From: Octopus vulgaris
Taxonomy: Eukaryota
Assembly: GCA_951406725.2 (NCBI GenBank)
Contig: OX597817.1
Location: 123,628,001 to 123,692,000 of the forward strand
Direction: 5' to 3'
Length of the DNA: 64,000 bases
Shown here: piece after piece, positions 13,107 through 27,649 of the stretch
Position numbering within the stretch: position 1 is the first letter of the stretch
How the letters are laid out: each line of letters starts with the position of its first letter
The notes under the pieces: model-generated
The model's input: only the letters and a program-made list of their open reading frames with translations
What the model was told of the DNA's origin: nothing
Database searches by the model: none
Program-made: the position numbers and the translations under genes

Positions 13107-13510
13107 GACGTAGGAGTGGCTCAGTGGTAAGTAGCTTACTTACCAACCACCTGGTTCTGGGTTCAGTCCCACTGCATGGCACCTTGGGCAAGTGTCTTCT
13201 ACTATAGCATCAGGCCGACCAAAGCCTTGTGAGTGGATTTGGTAGACGGAAACTAAAAGAAGCCCGTCGTATATATGTATATGTATGTGTGTGTATATGT
13301 TTGTGTGTCTGTTTGTATCCCACAACATCGCTTGACAACCGATGCTGATGTGTTTACAGGTACTTAGCGGTTCGGCTAAACAGACCAATAGAATGAGTAC
13401 TAGGCTTACAAAGAATAAGTCCTGGGGGCGATTTTCTCTACTAAAGGCGGTGCTCCAGCATGGCCACAGTCAAATGACTGAAACAAGTAAAAGAATAAAA
13501 AGAATAAAGA
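13107..13510 (+). mobile_element. family A CORE-type SINE, full length, interrupting a family D repeat
   Basis: tRNA-like head, accttgggcaagtgtcttc core, internal (TA/TG)n, (aagaataaa)n tail. Confidence 0.92.
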
Positions 13511-14530
13511 ATACCAGATACAGTTTATTTAAAAAGAAACAAAACAAAAGATAAGATGGTCACAGCTGGAATGTCTTTTATTGGCTCAAAAAGAGCTGAT
13601 TTGGGGTTAGACAGCACAATAAGTGTAGCAGATTAATTTTGCTGTCATATGCATAAGCTGTGAATGCAAAGCCATCTTAATTACAAGTATATATGTTGTC
13701 ATTATCATCACCATCATGTTCGTCATTGTCAATGTCATCGCTGTCATCAGCGTCCTTCCCCTCCTCCTTCTTATCATTGCTGTTGAGCTGGATCTAAGTT
13801 AAAGACTTTTAATATTTGTTCTGGTTTCTGGCACTCTGAGTTCAAATAGCTCCAATAACAACTTCGCTTTCATTGTCCTATGATCAATTTAGAAAGAAAC
13901 AGTCAGAGATTGTGGGTTTTTAGAATTGTTAGAGCATCCAGTGTGATTCCTTGCAGTCCCCATTCCAGCTCTTTGCAATGTGAGACAGAATTCCACCTAG
14001 GAATTCTGAGTTCAAATCCCAGCATTTGTCAGAACTAATCATGCCACTATGGAACTGCAATTGATTATGAAAACTACAATGGGTAGAGGTAGAAATGTAC
14101 CTGTCTGCTGGATATATGTAAATCTTCATACATTGAGTTAAAATCTAATCGAACAAATATATATAAGAAGATTAGTGCCAACCAATCAAAATGAAGTGCA
14201 GCAGACAAATATACAGAAGATAAGTTTGATAGTCCATAGAATTTAAGCCGTTATAGACAATTGATTATAAAGATGTTGTCTTCTGATAAAATGATGCAGA
14301 ATTCGTAGAAAAATCTCAAACAGCAAACTTATCCAACACATGAATAGTGAATAATACATTTGATTGCTTACCTACATTCTGTTAGCATTCACCGACATTT
14401 CCTTACTCTAGAGACTTTTCAGTTGTCCACAATTATCTTGTACTATGTGTTCTATAGCAAGCTAATGTTTATTGTTAGTGTAATATTTACTTGGAATCAC
14501 AGGCAGCAAGTTATGTCTTTGTATGCACCT

Positions 14531-14543
14531 GTGTGTGTGTGCG

Positions 14544-14618
<75 letters not shown>

Positions 14619-14625
14619 GTGTATG
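14531..14625. repeat. (TG)n microsatellite
   Basis: directly visible. Confidence 0.95.
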
Positions 14626-15955
14626 CAAGAGATTAATTATTATTCAACATGTTAGAATATAAATTTTCAGATTATTTACCTAATGTTTAAATAAAACAAA
14701 AAACATCTCTCAATATTTACTTACAGGAATATTTTGATCTTTTTGATATTCAAGCATCGCAAGGTGTTATTCTTGAACATGTACAAGTTCAACTTAGACA
14801 TTTAAACATTTATTGTTTAACTTCTTTTTTTTTTTTTACATAAAACTATAAATTCAATAAAACAGTTTTTTATTCATGTTTCAGTTGATTGTTCAACAAT
14901 TTTGAAATAAAAAAAAATTTTCTTTTTGTTTTTCATAATAATTTCTTTATTTTTACATTGAATATCTGAATGATATACACATGAATCTTACATGTCTCCA
15001 TTCTGGTTTTAAGGGATTTGATACCTTCAAAAGATTGACATTCTATCCAGAGTTAAATTTATCTCTTATCTGATAAACATAAATAAACCGGAAAGATGCA
15101 TCTGCCTTTAAAAACCTCATGGGGCTCCTTAAATCATTTACATTCTACACTAAATCCAAGCACCATACTTGAAAAAGCAACAGACTTTGTTCAAAATACC
15201 AATTACAATGATGATCAAGATGTTCATAAATACAACAAACTTCACCGAAATTACCTACAAACTTTCTACTGTTCTGCTCTCTTTGCTTTCTAAAAGTATT
15301 TTTCTATTGTATTTTTGTTTTTGTTTTTTTTGTTTACTATCTTGCACAAAGATCAGAGTGTAATGGGATTTCTCAAAAGGCAGTGTAGTTCTTGTGGTGC
15401 CAAAACTATTAACCTATCAATTGAAATTCCTTTTTAAAAATGAATGACAGCTTTGAGAGTCTCAGCACTTAAAATTCACATGTTATTTCTAAGTATTTCT
15501 TTTGGCAAAAGAAATAGAGGAAGTGCTAAAGGGCTAAGATCAAATCCATTCCTATTAATATATTTTTGTCCTTCTAAAATGCTTATTGATTTCTCTTGTC
15601 CTGTCAGTTTCCCTTACCATGACCATTATATCATTTATCATTTCTTTAAAATGTTAAAAATCCTTCAAATTTGGTTATATTTTGTTCTAAATACTTCTAA
15701 GACTCAGCTGATATGAAGCCAAGCAAGACCTTCTCTTTGGAGTATCTCTCCATATGAAATAATTCAAATCTATGCAAATATTACTAGAGTAACAAACAAG
15801 AGGCTATATACCTATTTTCTGTCACTAGCAGTTAGTTGTATCCATGATCAAGACTTTAATCTCTTGAACCTTACAGTCATTATAGCTGTAAATAAGAAGT
15901 GCTGCAAGGTGTTAAGGGAATGTTTTGCTTTAAGCAGTATTGATACTGTTTTAGC

Positions 15956-16540
15956 ATACAAGCTGTGTATGAATGCTCTCCTCCTGGATTGGAATAAATA
16001 TACCATGTACATGAAAACTTTGAAAACTCGTACGAATTGTTTTTGTTTCTCACTGGATTAATTCCTACAGCTATCGAAGGATGACCGGAAATTATATTAA
16101 ATTAAATTATATTAAAAGGCAACGAGCTGGCAGAAATGTTAGCACGCTGGGCGAAATGCGTAGCCACATTTCGTCTGCCGTTACGTTCTGGGTTCAAATT
16201 CCGCCGAGGTCGACTTTGCCTTTCATCCTTTCGGGGTCTATAAATTAAGTACCAGTTACGCACTGGGGTCGATGTAATCGACTTAATCTGTTTGTCTGTC
16301 CTTGTTTGTCCCCTCTGTGTTTAGCCGCTTGTGGGTAGTAAAGAAATATATATTAAATTAGTGGGCTAAAAGCTCGCTAAAGTGGTGACCCCAACGTGAT
16401 ATATGAACACACACCCTTCTGATAGCTGTAGGAATTAATCCAGTGAGAAACAACAACAATTCGTATGAGTTTTCGAAGCCTTCATCTACATGGTATATTT
16501 ATTCCAATCCGGGAGGAGAGCATTCATACACAGCTTGTAT
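15956..16540. repeat. inverted repeat, ~120-bp arms (15956-16075 / 16421-16540), with a SINE in the spacer
   Basis: atacaagctgtgtatgaatgctctcctc...attcctacagctatc versus gatagctgtaggaat...gaggagagcattcatacacagcttgtat. Confidence 0.85.
16118..16346 (+). mobile_element. SINE family B
   Basis: matches 7039-7269; tatattaaa duplicated on both flanks. Confidence 0.9.
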
Positions 16541-18093
16541 ATTAACATTTAACAGAACAGAATGGAAGTTGAATAAGAAAAGGTTTTCATCTTGCCGCCT
16601 TCCATGACTGGTATAGTGGATTCAACACAATTCACATCAACACGGGGTAGTCCAGTAGCAGAGAGGGAGGCGATGCAGTTAGCAGCAGGCCACTTTGGTC
16701 AGCAAAAAAGGCCGTTCTTGGCTCTGCGTGTCTTTTTTATCCCTATCTCACGAGCGCCACCTTGTTGTTAACGATGTGAACAGGGGATATAACTCCAGAT
16801 GACCCACGTTAAGACATGGATTCAACTAAGGTTGCCTACACTGTAAATTTGGCAAGGGATTCATGTTCATGTCTAACTGTCTTATAATGCTAATTTCTAC
16901 TCTTTATGGGGAGAAGAATGGGCTTTGGCAAGCTGGCTTGTCTTGGATATGATTCATAAAAATGGCCATATGGCTATCACCAAATGGATTATCAAGTCAT
17001 TAATTCTCATAGTAGGTTGTTGAATTAAGTATCTGCTGGTTCTCTATAGTCTGATGCCTCGTTCTATCAATGAACATTGTAGGTCATGTCTCCATAAAAT
17101 CTATCAAATGAAAAAATATGGGATATTCAAATACTGAAACCAGTTTAGCATGAAAACATGGGTATTTTTTCAATACATGATATTAGAGTAATGTTATGGA
17201 AAAGTCTTAGTGGATCTGTAGAGGCCATGCATATTGCTAATTAAGTCATTGAATACTATTACAAAAAAAAAAGAAAATCTCTAACAGATTTTAAATTTTC
17301 AACTTAGTGTTTTCTGAGTTTAGTCCCCACACAATTCAAAATAATTTTTCCATTCAACAAAACAAGTATTTGATGGGTTTATTTTTTATTTTAACTTTGG
17401 TGGTATAATAAAAAAGATGGCCCAGACAGCATAAAGTTACGATTTTTGGCCTTCTAGTTTGCTGCTTCTTTTGTTTTTTTAAGTTCAATTCACATTGATG
17501 TCAATTTCAGTTTTCATTCCTCTGTTTGCCTTTGATAAAGAGGCAGTGAAACACTAAGTTCATTTAATCAACTACACTCCACCTGCCATTCAATGAGGAT
17601 GCTTATCAATGATAATTCAACTTATTTGAAATAGCAGCAAAATCTTCCTCATGTCACACACAACCACCTTACAAAAGAAAGGACAGGTTTAACCTTTTCT
17701 TGACACCAAACTACTTGATCCCAACCTGGTTTTATAAAATAAAATCTTTCATTTTCAAGTGTTTATATTTAAAATCAAATATTGTAACATAATTTTTATT
17801 TAAGAAGCTTTCTATATTCTTCTGTTCTTAGAGCTGTTCTGAGAGTTCATCTGCTTAATGCTGAAACATTTCTTGCTTCTTAAAGGGCAAGTGACGTCCC
17901 CTCATGGGCTTAAAAAATGACAGCAGACTTGAACTCCTGTCCAGTTGAACCCCTTCAATTGGCTTATGGGGGCTAATGATGTAGCCCACTTTGTTACAAG
18001 AATCTGAACCAGGACTTTCTTTTCAATAACCATCAACCCTCCCTTCCAGTAGTCTAAAACGCTATGTAAAGGGTCATAGATAACCATACAAAA

Positions 18094-18126
18094 ACAGCAG
18101 CAGCAGCAGCAGCAACAACAACAACG
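18094..18126. repeat. (CAG)n(CAA)n trinucleotide repeat (second one at 19235-19281)
   Basis: directly visible; no supporting ORF context. Confidence 0.85.
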
Positions 18127-18884
18127 ACATCCAAGACAAAAGTAAAACAATGCAACATGTGGAGAGATTCAGGAAACAAAGCAACAATATATCTTGGTGT
18201 TTAATTCTGTTATTCAAATCAGCTTTATAGAAATAGATTATTTCTTTCTCTTATAATTATCAATTAATTTTGCATCACCAAAGAATAGCTTCAGCCTCCT
18301 ATCTTTACAGTTTATGATGACTGATGCTGTTATTTGTAGTAATGTAGTTTAAGAGAATGGAAATAAATAAAAGAGAAAATAAACTTTGGTTTAAGAATAG
18401 TTCTATGCCACTGTTTTTAGAGGCAGAGATTGTTTTGATTTTTCATATTTTTAAGAAATATATGATTTTATGAAGTAAAAAACAAGAAATAAAAATTTGT
18501 AAGAGAGCATTGATCAAAATATAATTGTATGTGCTGAATAGTATGTGTGTATGTGCGTATGTCTGTTTGAGCATGTATGAGTTGGTATATAACATATCTG
18601 TGTATGTTCTGTGTACATGTGTGTGTGTGTCAATACACACTAACATATATGTATATATGATATAAAAATATGTATATAAGATATTACACACACACACACA
18701 CACACACATATGTCAGTGACTTGTATATGTGTATGTATACATATATATGACATATATATATATATATATACATACATATATATATATATACACATATAAG
18801 TATACATACATGTATATCTATATGTATTTATATAAAAAATATATGTATGTATGTATATATATATATAAGTATATATACACAGAC

Positions 18885-18948
<64 letters not shown>

Positions 18949-20469
18949 ATATATTTATATATGTGTGTGTGAGATTTATTATACCTTGCTCAGAGATTTC
19001 ATATATATATACACACTCACATACACGCATGTCTGTATATGAATGTGTGTGTGAGTGTCTGTGCGTGTGTGCACGTGTGTGTGTGTGAACATGTTCACAA
19101 AGACACATATGCACACATATATATACTGAAACACTTTTATTCTCTGAATATATTACTGATAACTAAGATATTATATAATAGTATAACACCATTTTCATAT
19201 GATAATCACTTTATGCTGGTGAATACACTATGGCAATAACAACAACAGCAACAACAATAACAACAACAACAACAGCAGCAGCAGCAGTAGCAGCAGCAGC
19301 AAAAAGCCAGAAAATACTTAAATTGAATATTCATTTAGGATTTGTCTTATCATTGTGATTTTCAATTCAATATTCGTAGATACCTTTATAAGTTACAAAA
19401 TGATACTTCCATCATTGTTTTTTCTTCTCTATTTTCGTGTGATTTTATATTTTTTATATAATACTATTTAGTAATATATTGAATGTTTTGTGTGTGTGTG
19501 TGTGTGTTTGTGTGTATGTGTGCATCTGCGCATGCTTGTGTGTGTGTGTGTTAGTCTGCGTACATATATGTTATGATGTTTCTTATTATAGATTATGTGT
19601 TAAAAAATATGTAGAATTTTTTTTGCTCCGTATCATTTTATTTAATGTCCAATGTTTCTTTTTTACTGAGAAATTATTACTTCACTTTCCTATTCTGATT
19701 TAACGTGCTGGTTGTAAGACAACATTTTGGTATATGTGTGTGAGCATTGGGAAGGAATAGCTATGAGGGTGAGTCTGAGGCATTTCTGAGTGTAGTCATG
19801 GTGGTGATAAAAACTGGTTTATTTGGTACAAATTAAAAGCCCAGTGTTTCAAATGAAAATGGTATGGCTATATTCATACTTTATAAGAGGCACACTGCTG
19901 GTATACATGAATTGAGTTTCTTTTCACCTAGAAATCGAACCCACATACCTTCCACTTCAAGTCACTTGCTACAACATGTATAATGGAAATTTAACAAAAT
20001 TTTCAATAAATTTCACCATTAGATTATTACTTGACTCTATAGAACACATAGATTGTACCAGTTGAGTATTGATGTTGATGTAATTGACTATTCTCCTCCT
20101 ATAAAATTTCAGGTCTTGGGCCTATTGTAGAAAGGATTATTATATGGCATCAGCTTTGAAGAGCTGGCCATGTCATATGAATGGCAGAGTATTGCTTGCA
20201 ACAAAATTATTTTACTCACAGATGAATGAATGATATCACACATCAAGCAGAAAAAAGTGATTGAAAAGCTATTTAGAAGATAATTGAGAAAGTGTGGCAT
20301 CAATGCATATGAATGCAAACTATCAGTGATTAACCAAGGAGAGAAGAGACAGATAATCTTTGATTGAGTCTGACACGTTGATACATCATGAAGATAGCTT
20401 TACAATGATAAATGTAAACATTGAAAGCAGCACACAGTGATCAATTCAGTACCTCTTCTTCCCTGAGAC

Positions 20470-20775
20470 AAGAAATGTCCAGTTTGCAACCAGAGCGTCG
20501 GCTGCGGGGTCACTCCGAAAAGCTCTATCTGCAACAATTTCATCTCAATCGAAGGAGAAGGGCTTTCTCCGTCTGGGTTGCGGATTCATGGAATAAGCTG
20601 CCGGACAAGATAGTGAAGATGCCGACGACCACTCGGTTCAATGTCTCTCTTGACCAGAAATGGCCTGAACTCTTTGCATGAACACCCTTCCTGCACATAA
20701 CTCCATGTCTCCCTACATGGCCTTGCTTTTTGCTTTTTGAGCCAAAAAATTAACTTAACGTAACTTAACTTAACA
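20470..20775 (+). mobile_element. CR1-group LINE 3' end
   Basis: ORF 20421-20681 ends RLRGHSEKL..RRRAFS.WVADSWNKLP..F..SLD, the typical CR1-group ORF2 C-terminus; (TTAAC)n-like tail. Confidence 0.8.
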
Positions 20776-20905
20776 AACTTATGAGCCTTACACTGGCCTA
20801 TGTATTCACATACCGGTCCATAAAATTTTAACCCAGTGCACAATCATTCTTGATCCTAAGAGATTACCAACAATAATATGTGTGTGTGCCATTGTAAAAT
20901 GACAG

Positions 20906-21290
20906 GGAGGTGCAATGGCCCAGTGGTTAGGGCAGCGGACTCGCGGTCATAGGATCGCGGTTTTGATTCCCAGAATGGGCGTTGTGAGTGTTTATTGAGC
21001 GAAAACACCTAAAGCTCCACGAGGCTCTGGCAGGGGATGGTGGTGATCCCTGCTGTACTCTTTCACCACAACTTTCTCTCACTCTTACTTCTTGTTTCTG
21101 TTGTACCTGTATTTCAAAGGGCCGGCCTTGTCACTCTCTGTGTCATACTGAATATCCCCGAGAACTACGTTAAGGGTACATGTGTCTGTGGAGTGCTCAG
21201 CCACTTACACGTTAATTTCACGAGCAGGCTGTTCCATTGATTCGGATCAACCAGAACCCTCGTTGTCGTAACCGACGGAGTGCTTCCACC
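20906..21290 (+). mobile_element. tRNA-derived SINE family C (body 1 + tail 1) with TSD
   Basis: A-box tggcccagtggttag, B-box-like ggttttgattccc; TSD aaaatgacag. Confidence 0.88.
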
Positions 21291-23674
21291 AAAATGACAG
21301 ACATTGGTACAATCAATGAAAACAGCTTCCTGCATTTTAATTTGTCCCTCTTCTTCCCCTTTATACTCAGTAAAATTTGCCTTGGTAGTTGTTGTCTAAA
21401 AGATGAATCCGTTAAAAAAGTAGTAGAATATTATTTTATTTACACCCTTATTAATTTAGAGACAATTTAATCATGAAGGAATTGACTTGACCACTAAAGC
21501 CTATTAAAGAGTTTAATGGAACATATTAGAACATACCTGAATGGCATTACATATTCCTAAACCCACTGATATCAAGTATCTGTAATTCTACTGGCATCTT
21601 CTACATATATTACTGAAAGACTAAAAGCTAGTGAATTCATCAGCTGATGTGCTTGATGTTTAAAGACTGGTGAGTGAGTAAGGAAAACTATATTTGCTAA
21701 GAACCAGACAATATGGAAAACTATATTTTCAAAGAACTAGCTGAATAAGTTAGGTGAAAATTCAGATCAAAAATGTTAGAAATTAAATTATCTCTAAATT
21801 TTCTGACTTAATTTATCTTACATGATCAAATATTGTTACAATGACCAATAAGAACATATTTTGCTTTGACTACAGTTACTAATCTATATAATCTATATAA
21901 TGTATCTGCCTTAGAGTCATACACTAAATATTTCTCAAGAGACAATAGTGCAAAAATATATTAATTATAAATGTACATCAATTCCCAAGACAACAGAATT
22001 ATTTCAAAGGAATGAGATAGGAAGAAGGTTTGCTGAACAGCTTCTCTTGCTCTAGAGTAATCGTATCAAGTGAGAAAGTAAATCAATTAAGTAATTCAGA
22101 ATGATATCAGTAGCTCTATCTGAATGGAGATTAGTGGTTTAAATATAGCAGGCAGAAATTTTCAGGATTCCCTATGCTCCACTACATATTTCCATTTAAT
22201 AACTTTTAGTTAACTTAAATTTTAGAGTAATAACCTTGCCCACATTGAAAATAATTTTCATTAACACTAATGGATTTTAAAAGTTTTATTCACAGGTGTT
22301 AACATTTATTTTTGTCTTTTAGCCAAGGAGAATGACAGTGTCAATAAACTTCTATAAGGCTTCTGAGAATAATGGAAAGTACAGAGAAGGAAGCTATTCT
22401 CAAATTGGCGATCTGGCCCAAATGCTTGCAAAAAGTGAACTCTGCTAAAGATACCAAAAGTTTTAGGTTGTGTTAAACCAGACAATGGATTTAGTCTATC
22501 TCAGACAAAGGCAAAAACCCTAGCCTAAGATACCATGCAGTAGAATTGAACCCAGTACCTCATAGTGGTAAACAAACTTTTTAGTTATGCAACCATGCTT
22601 GTATCTAACAAACATCAACCAAATCGATTTTTAAACTATTTTTTTATTAAATATTTTATTGCTTATCAAAAACTCATAAAATAAAAGAACATCCAGAATT
22701 ACCTCTACAAATTTATCTGGAATGGCATACCCTCTGCTTTTTTAAGGTGTCTGCTCTTTGGAGCAAACCATCATAGTGTTTTATTTTTAAAAAATCTCAA
22801 TATTTTTCCACCGAAATTTCACAGCTTACCAAAGTTGATCAGAGTATGCAAATTTTCTTCCAGCATGTTCATGCCTAAACCATGCCCAAATGTTCTCTCT
22901 TAGATTCAAACATTGAATTTGACCAGAATAAAATTTCAATGCATCTTTCAGTATTTTTTATTATAAACCTTTATCAACATTTCTATAAAGAGAATTCATG
23001 AACAATAAGACAGGCCACAACTTATGCCAGCCATTCTAATGATAGCAGTGATAGTTTCACATAATCTTGAGCACTAAGCAATGGACCGAACCATGTCTTT
23101 TACTTTGTACTCTTTATAGGTTTTGCAAGCATTTACCATATCATGCATTTCTTGAAAAGTGAGTGACTCTTCTTGACACTTCATCTTCATATAATACAGA
23201 ATTCCTTCGTCTTAGAGTTAGATAAGGGACATTCAATTGAATAGCAAATGTGCAGTAAAATCATTATTCTTACACAGAAGTTCACTTTGGGTGTCCAAAA
23301 ATTTTTTTCTCATTTTGTCATAGGGCTACAAATATGCTATATGTTCTGGCATCTATCACAAAATGCTTTTCAAACCACTATACAGTAATTTCAGGGATAT
23401 TCCTGCCTTATTTATTTTCCTGGTATATGAATGAAAAATTTTAACACTTAAGGCTCAAGGGCATTTACTTTTACTTATCCTCTATTGCTTACATCTGTGT
23501 GAGTGTCTGTATCATTGGAGCATACTATTATGATAAATATCTTTAAAGTGTTTGAATTCTGTTGGCCTTTCATCTTTTTCTATTAAGGTCCTCTTAGGTG
23601 AGCATTACCTAATACCATGCAGCTTTTTCTGTAATTCTTCTGCTCTTGATTTAGTTCTCATTAAAAACAAATTT

Positions 23675-23988
23675 GGAGGCACATGGCCTAGTGGTTAGAG
23701 CAGCAGACTCACAGTTGAGGGATCACGGGTTTAAATCTCAGACTGGGCAATATGTGTGTTTATGAGCGAAACACCTAACCTCCAAACTGCTCCGACAGAA
23801 GGTAATGGCGAACTTCTGCTGACTCTTTCACCACAACTTTCCCTCATACTTTCCTCTTGCATCTTGCAGCTCACCTGCGATGGACCAGCATCCCATCTAG
23901 GTGGGGAACCTATATGCCAAGGAAACCAGGAAACCAGCCCTAATGAGCCAGAAGGAACAAACAAAAACAAGTTCGAGAAGGAAAAGAC
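23675..23988 (+). mobile_element. tRNA-derived SINE family C (body 1 + tail 2) with TSD
   Basis: ggaggcacatggcctagtggttag head; TSD aaaacaaattt. Confidence 0.85.
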
Positions 23989-25794
23989 AAAAACAAATTT
24001 AACAAATGCTTCCACAAACTAAGCAGCTGACTTTTGGGTCATTTTACTCCATGTCATTTCTCAAACCTTTGAAGCCATCCTTCACTATAATTACAATATC
24101 CTAATTTAAGCTCTGTACACACTTTAGTCTGTTCTATTTCTATGGTATCATCAAGTACACACTTTAATCTGTACACACTTAATCATGCCTAACAGTCTTA
24201 TAATCTCTCACAGATTTTCTAATATTCATTAGCATCTTGGAATCTGTTTTTGTAGAATTTCTGTAATGTCTTCTTTTGTTTCTTTAAATAGTAAAGAGTT
24301 GACGTACCAATATCATTAGTATCTCACCACTTCAGCTCAAAACACCACGGTCTAATTTGACTCAATGAACATATCCTGTATCAGCATTGATTGTGCTTAC
24401 ATTCTACATGACTATTGATACTTGTACATTGTTTAGTATTTATTGCTAAGATAAATTTTGTGCAAAATAATTGCACAATTATTATCAGGAGATAACCATC
24501 AAATACCACATCTTGAACATCAAATGCCACAGCTTGAACAAGGAGAGCACATTGACTGTTGCTCTATGTGCAGTCACTGAGTAAATTGATATGATAAGTA
24601 CAAAAGTTTGAAATGGCTAGTTGTAATTCTACCAGATTTAAAAGAGATTCAAAACCATCAGTGTCCAGAAAATCTGTGACGTATCAATACTTATTAACAC
24701 ATTATTATTTTCATACAAGTGCATAGCAGCTGTAGTGTATATTTGTCTTTCATCCAAGTCATTTTGGAAAGTACACTTATTATAATAGAAAAGAGAACAT
24801 TAAGCTACAACATAAGACGAAACAAACTTTGCTTTTATTTTCTACTGAATTTTTTTTTCAATTTGTTTTTAAACAAGATGAGAGAAGTGATGTAGTTCTT
24901 CTTTCTTTTAATATTTTTCTTTGTATGTGTCTTATTTGTTTCTGTAGCACTCAAAATGATCAAATAATGTACTAAAATAAAATAGAATAAAAATATTTTT
25001 TATAAGCATATTTCATTCTTTTTTTAATATTTACTATATATGCACTTGAATTTCGAATAATGTAAACTTCATTAATTAATAGAATTTGCTTCCATTAAAA
25101 AAAAAAAATCGTAATTTTTGATTATTGTTTCTTTCAGAACTTTGAATAATTCTATCAATATTGTAGATAAAAAAAAAAGAAACAACAGCAACAATGAGAG
25201 ACATATTTGTATCAAAATAATGTTTATATATGTCAACATGCATAAAAACATATCTACAAAAATAGCTGTTGGAACTTGAATAATTTGAAAGAGCGATAGT
25301 AGCATAACATATATTGCAGAGCATTCTGAACACTGTATATATTTGCCAATAGCCTTCTTACTAATATGGAATGAAGACAGAACAAAGGTTGAATACAAGA
25401 CAGCAATACGAAAACATTGATACAAATATGAAAGACAAATTCAGTTTGCCATAACGACACAATTAGGTTTTGATTTTCTTTGAGATATAAAAGAAGATCT
25501 AAAATCAAATGGTGCACTAATTAGAAGGATCATTAAGGTCCATTTCACTTTTGACTAGCCAGTAACCTTGCTTGGTTTAATGTGTCTCAGATAATTTATC
25601 AAAGCATTGGTCAATTAGTTTATTAAACAATTGTCTACTACTGCCTTGCTTGGCCTTCCTCAAGTTCCTCAAGCTATTCTTCATTAGATTTGTGGAAGAT
25701 TTCTACTTTCTTTGGCATCTAATAGAGCTGAACAGAATAATCTATTTGATGTTTTACGCAAATAAAAACAAATCAAATATGGATATACTTGCAA

Positions 25795-25827
<33 letters not shown>

Positions 25828-26200
25828 TACATATCATGTATATAATTGTTTTATTGTTTTAATTTATTTTTATTTCTACAGTAAATGTTGCATTGTGATA
25901 ATACATCAATATGTAATATATTTATGTAAATTAGACCTAGTAGCATGTATGTGCCATTTAGAACTGAATTTAAAGAAATTCTATGACAGAGAATTGTCTC
26001 TTAAACTATTTTATTAAACAATGAAATTATTGCACTTTTAGTGCTGTTTTCTCAGAATATAAAGTTCTAGTTTGCAGCTTTGAGAAATATTTTAAGCCTA
26101 AAATACAAAGCAATAATAGTATTTAACACATTCACAATGTCTTGCATTTTGAAAGGGGAGTATGTAAATCCTATAATTGTTCATCAGCTATTATTGACCA

Positions 26201-26520
26201 TGAAGTCACATGAGTTAGTGGTTATGGTATTTGACTTATGATCATAATGTTGTGAGTTCAGTTCCCAGTGACACGTCATGTCCTTGAGCAAGACACTTTA
26301 TTTCACGTTGCTTGTGTCCATTCTGCTGACAAACATGAGTAGTACCTGTATTTCAAACGACCAGCCTTGTCACACTCTGTGTCATAGTGAATCTCCCTAA
26401 GATCTATGTTAAGGGTACATGTATTTGTGAAGTACTCAGCCATGTGCACGTTAATTTCATGAGACAGCTGTTCCAGTGATTGGATCAGCTGAAACCCTTG
26501 TTGTCATAACTGATGGAGTA
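26201..26520 (+). mobile_element. tRNA-derived SINE family C (body 2 + tail 1)
   Basis: tgtccttgagcaagacactttatttcacg body; tail matches 21103-21280; attgaccat duplicated on the flanks. Confidence 0.8.
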
Positions 26521-26931
26521 CTATTTATCATTGACCATCTTTTGAATGAAATCATTTCAGAACCATTGGCAGCTTATCTATGTTGGCTGTATACCTACTT
26601 GTCTACTCTGGTTAATTGCAAATTAGACAGGGTGCTCCGACTGTTGGGTGTTTAGCCATGGCTAGACAGGAATTGAATTCAGAATTAAAGAAAGATGGAA
26701 CAGTTACAGTAAGAAATCTCATTTGATGCTCTACCAATTCTGTCAGTCAACTACACTCAATTCAAAGTTCATTTATTTACTCTGAAAGTATAAAGGACAA
26801 AATTCTTAACAAGGGCTCAACTAGGAACACAGCAAACTGAAATAAATACTACAAAGCATTTTATTCAATATTGTAATAATGCAACCTATTTGCTGTGTTG
26901 TACCAATACTTGACTAGTGTTTGTTCTTATT

Positions 26932-27152
26932 CATCATCATCATCGTTTACCATCCACTTTCCATGCTAGCATGGGTTGGACGATTTGACTGAGGACTGGC
27001 GAACCAGATGGCTGCAGCAGGCTCCAATCTTGATCTGGCAGAGTTTCTACAGCTGGATGCCCCTCCTATTGCCAACCACTCTGAGAGTGTAGTGGATGCT
27101 TTTACATGCCACCAGCACGAGGGCCAGTCAGGTGGTACTGGCAACGGCTGCA
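26932..27152 (-). mobile_element. RTE LINE 3' end
   Basis: same family as 2994-3186. Confidence 0.8.
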
Positions 27153-27649
27153 AAGCTGGGTTTTGAAAACTGGATGTAAAGGACATAAATCTATATTGCA
27201 GAGTCACTTGTTTTCTAATAATGGCTTTTTGATGTAAGCATAAGGCCAGAATTTTTAGGTGATGGAGTGAATCAATTACATCAATCTTAGGGCTTGACTT
27301 GTAATTATTTTATCAACTCTGAAAAGATGGAAAGCAATATTGCCAGGTATCCCATCCACAAAACAGAACCAAATAAAAAAAGTCTATTGGCAAAATTCTT
27401 GAAACTGAACTAAGGGATATTTGACTCACAGAATTCAAAAATGACATTCATTTATTACTGCCATGTCAAGAATTTAAGATCCATAGAATTTCCGTGTTCT
27501 TTTTCTCAAAAAAAAAACAGCTTATAAGAAAATTAGTTTTTCTTCAAAACCAGGATGTTTTCTTAAAATTCTACTGAAAAAGTAGTAAAACCTTTTAACT
27601 TTCTGCAGACAAATTTCCTCATTCTCTATGACTAATTTCCCATGGATTT

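Noticed and set aside
18094-19281. Poly-Gln-like CAG/CAA runs as possible exons
   Set aside because: Surrounding frames are quickly closed and no domain is recognisable
20906-20975. tRNA-like sequence (also at 23675, 39746)
   Set aside because: Head of a SINE with body, tail and TSD; no complete cloverleaf
22730-23420. Possible pogo/Tigger transposase C-terminal relic on minus strand
   Set aside because: Only vague similarity; no catalytic motif or TIR could be identified by eye
24110-24185. Three short gtacacactt(t)a repeats, and tandem units at 33995-34220, as CRISPR-like arrays
   Set aside because: Eukaryotic context, no cas genes, irregular or non-unique spacers
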